A stretch of DNA of 62,039 nt, counting the filler, from Platydemus manokwari (lineage: Eukaryota): NCBI GenBank assembly GCA_037951405.1. It is 6 parts of 6 records of this genome, joined end to end, with 100 filler letters (N's around TTAATTAATTAA, not from the genome) between each part and the next. Parts side by side here need not be neighbours in the genome. Positions count along the whole stretch, not along the records: positions 9,143 to 20,112 come from JBBMOY011009969.1; positions 20,213 to 30,439 come from JBBMOY011156327.1; 4 more parts are not named here. One strand, given 5' to 3'. Position 1 is the stretch's first letter. Each line of letters opens with the position of its first letter. Both the position numbers and the translations under genes were made by a program. Under the pieces are notes generated by a model. It was not told the origin of the DNA, ran no database searches, and was given only the letters and a program-made list of their open reading frames with translations. This document shows, piece after piece, positions 13,655 through 23,927 of the stretch.

Positions 13655-14802
13655 AAGAATTATTCTTTAATATATTCTTTTATAATAATTTATAGATACT
13701 CACATATATTTAGGAAAATACGATTTACCTAATTTTCAAATACATTTTTGAGTATTAAAGGATGCAGACTTTAGGATATTTTATTAATCGTTCCAGATAA
13801 TTCAGAAAAACATTAGATTAGCAGTCACACTTTACCAGATCTAATTTTTCAAAATTGCTTAATATAGTAGATCATATTAAGAATTTGTTAAAAGAAAGAA
13901 TGCTTTTAAGCTTTAATAAATACATTTTAATAATGTCCTTTTAACCAGCTTGTACGAATCGTAGATTAAACCCTTAAAATTGAAATATTTTTGATTCACT
14001 TTTAATAATAAATTATGCGATTTTTACCGGATTCGGAAAGTAATCCTAGTTCTATCATTGAAATTATAGCTTTTAATTCGATAAGGAATGCAACCTTAGA
14101 CAGATTTAAATAATTTTTGTTATGATTAAAAGAAAGTTTTTGTTACTTTTCCAAATTTTTGTCACAATTTTTTAATAACATTTTTACACTTAAAATTCAA
14201 ATGAGATAGAGTTCATTCCCGGTGAACTCGGCTGACTCATAACAAGTATTAATGTTTAGACTCGTGGATTATTTTTCTTAGAGCCTGGAGTATAAAGTTA
14301 TTATATTGTTACATTTATAAATAATCAAAAATATATCAATAATGTAAAATTAACTAAACATCGATAATCGCAAATAAATAAAACGTTTCTTTCTATAGTC
14401 AACTATTTTTATAGATTGTATTGAGTGCATTATTGCTACTTAAATTTAACTTTTATTTATTAGAACCATTTAAAAATTTCTTATGTCCTTTCTGAATTTT
14501 GGTCCTGGTATTAATATGTATCAACTGAAAATCACAAACCAATCAGAGAATATTAACTTGAAGATTGGATGCTAGCACATGTGTCCGTTGTGCTTGTGTG
14601 TCTACCTTTTATGTTGTTCCTATAACCTATTCATAACCTATGTAATACCAAATAACAGAAATTAATATAGATTTTTCACAAAACATTATAGTGATGTTTT
14701 CAATCGGGATTTTAAGATAACGATTATTTAGAAATGTCGAAAAGTACAAATAGATTACATTAATATTTTACTAACTCCCGATAGGTAAAAATTTGCAAAA
14801 AC

Positions 14803-17800
14803 GTACATATATTGCAATGCAAATAGACTAATACTGATTTAAGTCTTGACGCTCAGTTTTTGAATAGATAATATATTTGTATTTATTGATTTCTTACCAG
14901 GAAATGGTTTGAATGAGTGCAGAAAGTTTAGAGTTTCACCAACTTCTCGTAAAATAGCCAATCTTCTTTGTGAAGAAATAATATTCTCATTATTATCTGA
15001 TAGTTCATGCAATATATAAAACAATGATTTGCTTTCACGACCAGGATAGATGAGATATAAATTATATTCGTCGAAACAATAACCAACCAAAAGATGTAAC
15101 GAAGATAACTTGATATTTGTGAGAGACCAAATTATGTTATATAACTTCTTTTGTTTGTTTTTGGAATCAGAGAGCTAAAATACGTAACGATAATTATAAT
15201 GATAACAAAAATTAAAAATCTCTACATTAATTAATTTCATAAAAATTTACGATTTTTAAGAATGATTTTTGGAATCTTTTCCTTTATCAATTCTTGTATA
15301 TAATAAGTAAATAGCAGTGCAAACCTAAGTCATATGTTACATGCTGATATTTAACAAACTACTTAATTTTGTATTTAGACAATAGAATTATATAGTAACT
15401 GTTTGTGTTCTAAAATTAATGTAATTAATTGAATATGTTTTGTCGACTTGTCGTTTTTATATTTATTTTAACATAATTATTATTTATATTTTAAATATTA
15501 TTTTAGTGGGGATTAGATTGCAGCAACGATCTTATCTGTTGGAGTCCAGATGAGTTAAAGATTTTTAAAAAAACCTTTCCGATTTACAAGCATTGATGAA
15601 TACTTTTTTAAAAATTGCACATTCATAGTTTGAACTTAAATTATAATTATATAAATTATATTTATAAATTATCAACATTTTTAACATATTGATAATATTA
15701 ATAGTAACCATAAAGATAATTTATAATGATAATAATTATTTATAATTGTAAGCCTCTACCATGCTATGAAACACACATCGTCATGATATCAAATTATGTA
15801 TTTCAATACAAATATTTAAGCAAGTTAACATAATTTTATATAAAATCAAATTTAATACAAAATTAAATCTTTAAAAGTTTTAATTTAATTTAAAATTCTC
15901 ATAACCCCCTTTCTTTAAAATCTTTGATTTTCTTTCTATTCTTAATTGATATTGTATCGAATACTCTACATATTTATCTACATAGAAATCTCTAATTCTT
16001 CTAACTTTTTAAAATATTTTCTCTACGTCTTTTTAATATATTCTCTAAATATTCTCAACATCTTTCTCCTTTTCCATAATTTCATTCATTGATCTTCTCA
16101 GAATCGAATGCAGATGCGTGATCGCCATGAAAGGCACTACTATTTTATAAAACACGTATCAATAACGAACTTAAAAGGCAAGGCATCAAATTATGTATTT
16201 AAATACAATTATTCTTTATAATTATTGATTGTCTTTCTATTCTTAATTAACATGGTATCGAATACTCTAAATATTTATCTACATAAAAATCTCTAATTCT
16301 TCGATCTTTTTAATATCTTCTCTACGTCTTCTTTATATACTCTCTATATAGTCTCAACATCTTTCTCCTTCTTTTCCATAATTTCATTTATTGATCTTCT
16401 TAGAATCGAATGCAGATGCGTGATCACCATGAAAGGCACTACTATTTTATAAAACACGTATCAAAAACGAACTGAAAAGTCAGGGCACCAAATTATGTAC
16501 TTTAATACAATTATTTAAACAAAGTAATATAATTTTATATAAAATCATATTTTTTACATAATTAAATCTTTAACAATTTTAATTCAATTTAAAATGCTCC
16601 CAATAATAATGATGGTAACGATAACAATAATAAGGAGTGTTTTTATAAATTAAAACGATTTATTATTCAATTGCGTTAAATTAGTTCAAAAATCTTCTTT
16701 AATGAATAAACAGAATGTTGAAATAGGTCTTAAGAATCACATCTACCTTCAGTAATATGAGATTCCTTAATAATTTAACTAACATCACTAATACTTATTA
16801 TTAAAACGAAAAATTATGAACTTTTTTCAATGAAAAGGCCTGAACATTGAACTGAAGTCCTCGAAGCTTCGTCAGAAAGCTCATTTCAAATTGATTTTGG
16901 TTTAATTTTTCGATTTCATTAGAGATGCTGAATTCATCAATAAAAAACGCGGTTGCTTTCTGATTTAGCATTAATTTAATAATTGATATTTGATCGGATT
17001 TCTGCATTAAGAAACTAGTTTTAAACACAGATTGCAGTCATTTATTTCAATATACAATATCTGCATCCTGTTTATCCTTGAAATCATCAGAGGAATTTAA
17101 TGATTGTCTGGGAATGTCCACACCATTATTTGAATTTCCATCATCAACTGATGGATTTCTTTGACAATTTGAATCTGGAAAACTATTCAAATTAGTTTGA
17201 TAAATAACAGGATTTCTTTCTTGTTTAAATTTTGCAGAATATTCTTCATAGATTTTTGGAGAAACTGAAATGAAAAATAATGCTTGACTGAAACAATCAA
17301 GATTCGATATTGGGACATTAAAATACAGCAGTATCCAAAAAAACATGGAATATTTCCAATTCAAATTTATTTTAAAAGAGATTAATATAATGATTGTATC
17401 AATGTGAAAATAGTGTGGGTAATAGGTTGCTATGAAGTCGAAATGAAATGACAACAGATACCGTTGTTTTAATTAACTCAAAACAACTAATTAGCGAGGT
17501 CATATCTGAGGTCATTATCCAATACTGATGAGTTGAAATGACTATGAAACTGGTCTATATATATGATTTAAGTCTTTGTATCTCTAACAAAATGATATTT
17601 ATTATTATAAATTTAATGGAATAAATCACAGCATTGTACTTTTAATTCACCACACCAGATAGAGCCTCGTAAAAAAATTTAATATGCATTTCGCATTATT
17701 TTTGACAAAATTTAAAGATTCATTAATAAAAAATTAATTAAAAAAATAAATTTATTTCTCCACAATAAAACAAAAAGTGGACTATATATAAATCAGAGTC

Positions 17801-19227
17801 CTGAAATTGGGACAATTTCTGGATCAAAGAAGTTGCGATAAATCTGGCGAAATTATCCGGAGCGACAATCAGATTCAAGTCATTTTTATTCATCTTGTAG
17901 ATATAACAAGTTTTGTAGACTTTATCAACTATTATCATAGAACCTTGTATGGTTTCAAAGTAAAAATAAGCATCTCGATTATTGTTTAATATAATAAAGA
18001 GTCAAATTAAAAATAATTCACGGCTGCTAAAAATCAGTGTTCTTTAGCGTTACAAAATAGTCGTTCATGATCTCAATCACTTTATTTTTATTGTTTTGTC
18101 AACATTAATAATTAATTACAGAAAATAATTGGGAAACTTGAAAGTATTAACTGTATCTTCACCACATTGTTTTGTAAATTTAAAGAAATAGAATATGAAA
18201 AATACTAAAAAAAATAATGAAATTACAAAAAATTAAAACGCTCGAAAATGAAGAATAATGAAGTTGTTGTTCAACATTTAAGAATGTTTCATGCAACATT
18301 TTTATTGAAACCAAGCATCATCATGTCGCCATTTAGCCTTGATGGATAATCCAAATCTTTTCACACACATACACACATACACACACACGTATATATACGT
18401 AATATTTAAGAAATCATTGGGTCTCAAATTGGTTTTTTATGCTGAAATATACTTTTTTTCGTCTTGTTTTTCATTTCCTTCGTTTAGAAATGATTATCAA
18501 AATCTTTGTAAGGGATTTATATTATAAAATAAATCTTAAGCATTAAATAAAACTTATAAATATCTATTTTTTTAAAAGAAATAACTAAAATCAAAAATAT
18601 TTAATATTTTTTTTTGAAAATTCGTTTTAATATTTTGATAAAATATTATTTTTTGTCATGTTTAAATTTTACAAAAATTTACGGAAATGGCATAAATTAG
18701 CCAAAATTATTTTTCATTAGATTCCAATCAGATTATTTCGACATTTAAAATCATTTTAATAAAATATTTATTTATAAAATATATATCACTGAACGATCAC
18801 TTTGTGATGTTTCTCAGTCAACTAACTCAGGTACAAGTTCGTATCTAATTAATATTATTCCAAAACCAATTTCTCCAAAATAAATAAATAACATTTACCA
18901 TAGTCCTTTATCAATTCCAAAGATGCTTCTAAATTCAATTTGTACAATACTATAGCTAGGTGATCTACATTTGGACAGTGAGGAAGCCATCGCATCATTG
19001 CCTCATATGATGGAAATCGATTTATTTTTGGATTATTTGTAATTAAACGTACATCCGATATTGTTAAGCCAATTATCAAAGCTAATATTTCACAAATATA
19101 TTAAGATATCCATAAAACGGAAGTTACCAAATTTTGTGAATTTATCAGAAACTTCAATATCTCTGGAAATATCGAATAAAAGAGGTCCTAAATCAACAAG
19201 CTTTTTCGGTATTTTATTGTTAGACAT
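14803..19227 (-). CDS. Pelle/IRAK-like protein: N-terminal death domain + degenerate (pseudo)kinase; multi-exon, 3' end unresolved
   Basis: Exons 19227-19128, 19081-18899 and 17264-about 17056 splice in frame to give ...PSYEAMMRW...VDHLAIVLYKLNLEASLELIKDYVSPKIY (compare the Pelle death-domain end ..LIKDYVS..); exon about 15175-14898 LLVGYCFDEYNLYLIY...SLFYILHE...QRRLAILREVGETLNFLHS; mini-exon 14827-14803 VYLHCNICT. Confidence 0.7.
15790..16600 (-). repeat. Two head-to-tail copies of a dispersed 300-400 bp repeat family (inside a Pelle-like intron)
   Basis: caaattatgta recurs at about 15790, 16187 and 16489; ttgatcttct.agaatcgaatgcagatgcgtgatc.ccatgaaaggcactactattttataaaacacgtatc is duplicated. 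Confidence 0.92.
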
Positions 19228-20112
19228 AAATTTATTTCTAAGTACAAAATATTTATAACTTAAGATAAAAATTAACTCGTAAGTCACCTAATTTCATATG
19301 ATTTTATTGGTGCATTTAAACATTGATTACTAATAATATTGTACATTTCATTTAAAATTTAAAACACGGAATTTTCAAAGTTGATTATTACAATAAAGCT
19401 ATGCATGATTAAATGAACCCGGCAATTTTTTTACCTTTGATTTACTTATCAATGATTTCTATTGGTAGTAAGTTGCTAGTAATTATTTTAACCTAGACTA
19501 TTTTCAACAATTGTGTCAAGTCGAATTGTTCTTGAAATATTTTTCTAGAATATTTTTTTAGAAATGTTCATAATAAAATTCATTATTTAATGAGTTATAA
19601 ATTGTATGTTTACAATTGCGAAAGGTGTCAGAATAATGAGGCTTGTACACAAAAAAATACCACGAAGTTCATGCAAATAAAATTTATTTTATGAATAAAC
19701 AGATTGAAGTTATTTCATTGATTTCTGTGAATATCTGAGTGAAATTAATTAAAAATGAAATAATATTACTAATGGAAATAATCTTTGCTAATAAAGGAAG
19801 TCTTAAGAACTCTCAGACAATACTAACTGCTTTCATACACCTATGAAAGCACTTCACATATATTATTTTCATTTTTTGAGAACTGAAAATAGTTTCAATA
19901 ATAGTATAAAGAGATAATAATAAGAATAAATTAAACGTTAATTTATGAGCAAAATGTTCATGAATTTTTTTTAAAGAAATGACTAATTAAAACTAAAAAT
20001 GGAGTCACAGACAAAAATAGATTAAAATAAATCTTAAAATAGAAATAAATAATAAATAATAATAAGTAATAATAAAAATAACTTAAAATAATTTTATAAA
20101 TAAAAAAAAGAA

Positions 20113-20212
20113 NNNNNNNNNNNNNNNNNNNNNNNNNNNNNNNNNNNNNNNNNNNNTTAATTAATTAANNNNNNNNNNNNNNNNNNNNNNNNNNNNNNNN
20201 NNNNNNNNNNNN
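20113..20212. other. Artificial scaffold linker
   Basis: N44-TTAATTAATTAA-N44. Confidence 0.97.
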
Positions 20213-21170
20213 ATAGGGAGCTAAAGAACTCACAATACGGAATTTGTATTATTTAATTATTTAATTTTTATTATGTTTTTTTACTAAATAATAAAAACCA
20301 ATGGATATTTTGAATAAAAAACAATTTTTCTCTATTTCAAATCACAATGCTAAGATAAAACGGTTATTTTAAATTCTGGAATAAATAAATAAATGATTGG
20401 TCAAAAAATATATTTAAATTGTTTCACAGGTCATTATGGCTTAAAATTTATTGTAATTTTTTCATGTGATATTTTGACAACATTTTCCAATCATTAGAAT
20501 TATCAATGAATTCGTTATAAAAACTGAATTAAAAATTCAAAGTTATTATTAAAATTTCAGCAAAAAATACTTCAAAAACCAAACAATGGCACAAAATGTG
20601 TGACAATTGGACTAAACATATTTGTTTTTCTCGGATTATTGTTTTGCAAACCTTGAAAAAATAATGAAAAATATTTAAAATGTTAATATATTAAATAAAT
20701 GCCGCGAAAACACATATACCGACTATAGTCAAGATAATAATTAGAAGGACCAATATATTTTTCAGCAATAAATCAAGTTTAAAACATATGATAAAACAAT
20801 TAAAATAAAATTAATTTTTAAATATAAGTGGAAAAATAAAAGTATTTTAAATTTCTTAAGAATTCGAAATTTTCGCTTCTGAAAATCTGAATGATAAAAC
20901 TCGAATTTAAAACTAGAATCTTAAAACTACATGTCACACCCACAAATATAATCACATAAATAGTCAAAACAGGATTTCAGAACAAGTTTTCAACAGAAGA
21001 GAATTTCAGGAATAATTTCAATCAGAACGAGATTTAGAAGCAAGAAGTTACCAGATTTAGAATTCAGATAAGATCTAGAATTCAGAACTAACAAGAAGCC
21101 ATTTGCGTCACGTCGAAAAGGAACAGTTACTAGGAGCAGGTTATATTTTATTAATATTGAGTATTTATAG

Positions 21171-21268
21171 AATATTTGTGGACGGTGTTCCCGAATATTG
21201 GTATTAGATAACAGTAGAACCTTTTGTGTGATATTCGTGGACAGTTTTTCCCGAATATCGGTATTAGT
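21171..21268 (+). repeat. Imperfect direct repeat, 2 x about 38 bp with about 59-bp period
   Basis: atatttgtggacggtgttcccgaatattggtattag vs atattcgtggacagtttttcccgaatatcggtattag. Confidence 0.7.
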
Positions 21269-21405
21269 ACAAAGTTTGCTTTTTTAATTATGTATATATT
21301 GATTTAATTTCTTAAAAAGCAAATTAATTTAAAAATTATAAACTATTATTTATAATCGATTTATCAATGGTAATATTTATTTAAATTAGTCCAACAATCT
21401 AATCA

Positions 21406-23394
21406 ATGTATGTTGAAGATGATGATAACCGTGGACAAAATGAAATTGATATTAAAGAAGTATTTTATTCTAATTTAAGCGAAGAAAGTCCTGATTTAGA
21501 TGAGACACCATTGCCATTCTATCTACAAAACATGTTTGACACCAAAAGAACTGATTCTCAGCTTATGCTTATTGATCATGGGGATAAGGAAAGAGGAAAC
21601 TGGGACAGTCAATTCGAATACTTACTATCATGCATTGGATATGCTGTAGGTTTGGCAAATTTGTGGAGATTTCCTGCGAAAGTTTACCAAGGAGGTGGAG
21701 GGACTTTTTTATTTCCTTATTTAAGCTTATGTCTGCTATTTGGAGGTCCAATGATGATGTTGGAAATGAGTTTGGGACAATTTTGTGGTGAAGGTTGTAG
21801 TAAAGCTTTTGAATTTTCTCCGATAATATCAGGAGTAGGATGGACAATTACATGCATTGCATTTTTAGTTACGATCAATATCTCCATTGTGATATCTTGG
21901 TGTTTCCTGTATTTTGTTTCATCCTTTAAAGCCGTGCTTCCTTGGGCTGTTTGCACTAATTCATTCAATAATCAACGATGTGTCAATACAACGGTAGATA
22001 TAAAAAATTTTACTAATAGCAGTAGTTATGAATCCTCAACAATTCAATTTTGGAATTTGTACGTTGCTAGGGAAGAAAAAGGAGATGGTACATTCTATAA
22101 AATTACTGATTCTCTTGGACCCATTAATGTCCCAATTACAATTTGCCTATTTGTCATTCTTGTTATTTCATCTTTAACCATAATGTTTGGAGTTAAAGTC
22201 AGTGGAAAAATTATATATATAACAGTAATATTTCCATATATTGCTCTGCTACAATTTATTATTCTTGGATGTACATTGCCTGGAGCACTTTACGGCATAA
22301 AATTCTACTTATATCCAGATCCTATAAAATTGCTCGATCCGTATGTTTATCAAAGTGCACTTGAACAGTTATTATTTTCTAGTGGTATTGCTGCTGGTGG
22401 ATTGGTCACAATGTCAAGTTTCAATCGGTTTAGAGATAAAATTTATAGAAATGCAATAATTGTAATGTTTACCGATTTTTTTACTAGCTTCATATCAGGA
22501 TTTGCAACATTTCCTGTTCTTGGATATATGTCCTATCGAAGTGGAAAGGATATAAGAGATTTGGTCAAAGCAGATTCGAGCTTATTTTTCATAACTTATC
22601 CAGAGGCTTTAGCAACTATATCGAGTTCTAATTTATGGTCAGTCTTATTCATGTTCATGGCCTTAACATTGGGGATAGATAGTTTGTTTGTGTTATTAGA
22701 AACTGTTATAATGTCTATATCAGATTATTGGCCATTTTTCCACACTAGAAGAAACAAAATGATATTAACTGTGTCAGTATGCGGAATAGCATTTATAATC
22801 AGTGTTATACTATGCTTACCAGGTGGACTTAATTGGCTAGCAATTTTTGAGGATAAGATAACACCTTTTGTTTTAACCGCAACTGTGATAACGGAAATAC
22901 TTTCTATAATTCTTGTCTATGGTATAAATAATTTTCAAAAAGATATTCAATTAATGATTGGTAAAAAACTTAATTTATATTGGGTATCTACTCTTTGTTT
23001 TTTTGTTCCTATAGGGGCTACTATAATTTTAGTCTTTGTCTTCTTATCGGATAGACCGATAGTTCGAAATGGACACAGATTTCCTAATTGGGCCAATGTT
23101 GTGGCATGGTTTTGCAACGTGTTATTATTATCTCCCATAATTATCGGAGGTTTGGTGAGAATGATCAAATTCAAAGTAAAAAATCCACAGTTAAATTTTA
23201 CGGAATATTTAAAACTATGTATAAGTCCACCGCCACATTGGGGTCCAAAATCTAAAAGATATTGGGTACAATCCTCAATTTATGCAGCAAAATTGTTGAA
23301 ATACAAAGATCATCCTTTATTTTTGGCTTCTCTGAAAAAAGACGAAGAATTAGGGAAACTAATTAGACAAGCAAAGGATAAAGTAGACGATTAG
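21406..23394 (+). CDS. SLC6/NSS sodium- and chloride-dependent neurotransmitter/amino acid transporter (glycine/proline/amino-acid type), intronless, 662 aa
   Basis: RGNW...EYLLSCIGYAVGLANLWRFP...GGGGTFLFPY, LEMSLGQF, LPWAVC..C, GKIIY, LPGA..GIKFYL.P, QLLFS, SSFN.F, F.TYPEAL, LGIDS, C-terminal WGP; about 12 hydrophobic segments. Confidence 0.96.
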   Translation: MYVEDDDNRGQNEIDIKEVFYSNLSEESPDLDETPLPFYLQNMFDTKRTDSQLMLIDHGDKERGNWDSQFEYLLSCIGYAVGLANLWRFPAKVYQGGGGTFLFPYLSLCLLFGGPMMMLEMSLGQFCGEGCSKAFEFSPIISGVGWTITCIAFLVTINISIVISWCFLYFVSSFKAVLPWAVCTNSFNNQRCVNTTVDIKNFTNSSSYESSTIQFWNLYVAREEKGDGTFYKITDSLGPINVPITICLFVILVISSLTIMFGVKVSGKIIYITVIFPYIALLQFIILGCTLPGALYGIKFYLYPDPIKLLDPYVYQSALEQLLFSSGIAAGGLVTMSSFNRFRDKIYRNAIIVMFTDFFTSFISGFATFPVLGYMSYRSGKDIRDLVKADSSLFFITYPEALATISSSNLWSVLFMFMALTLGIDSLFVLLETVIMSISDYWPFFHTRRNKMILTVSVCGIAFIISVILCLPGGLNWLAIFEDKITPFVLTATVITEILSIILVYGINNFQKDIQLMIGKKLNLYWVSTLCFFVPIGATIILVFVFLSDRPIVRNGHRFPNWANVVAWFCNVLLLSPIIIGGLVRMIKFKVKNPQLNFTEYLKLCISPPPHWGPKSKRYWVQSSIYAAKLLKYKDHPLFLASLKKDEELGKLIRQAKDKVDD

Positions 23395-23864
23395 GTACCA
23401 GGACTATTTATAACAAGTACGATAGTAATTGTATTTAAGGAAATTTTAAAATAATAAGTAAATGTATGTTATTTGATTTTCAATATTAATTTATGATTTA
23501 CTGAATTATTTAAAATTAAATTTTTTTATCCTTTATTGAAATTAAACGATCTAATAATATACATACTATGGCTGCATTATTTATCAAGATCTAATAATCA
23601 TATCTAATTATCACGATCACTACTCAGTATAGCTATGCATCTATTGAGCGCTTATACACACATATATGTTAGGGTTCTGGTCCTACAATTAATTCACATA
23701 GAAAAAACTATACATTTTTAAATAACAATGCATGTTAGCACGTATGAAATGTGCATTAATTTTATTGTTTCAAGTTAATGTTTTTTATATTTTAACAACT
23801 CTTGGAATTTTTGAGCAAAAACTAGTTTGAAATATTTATATTCATAATAATTATGATTTTTATA

Positions 23865-23927
23865 AGTAAAAACATAAGTTGTTTCCATTCATATTTTATT
23901 TTATTTCAAAATCACGCGCGTTTTTTT
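23865..23927 (-). repeat. 3' terminal direct repeat (LTR or LTR remnant), preceded on the minus strand by a polypurine tract GGGAGAAGG
   Basis: agtaaaaacataagttgtttccat..atattttattttattt.aaaatcac.cgcgtttttt is shared with 27706-27766. Confidence 0.85.

Noticed and set aside
21171-21268. Repeat-spacer-repeat resembling a CRISPR array
   Set aside because: Only two imperfect copies, eukaryotic context, no cas genes.
21367-21405. Upstream ATG plus a 20-nt micro-intron extending the SLC6 N-terminus
   Set aside because: Splicing ATG|GT...AG leads out of frame to a stop.
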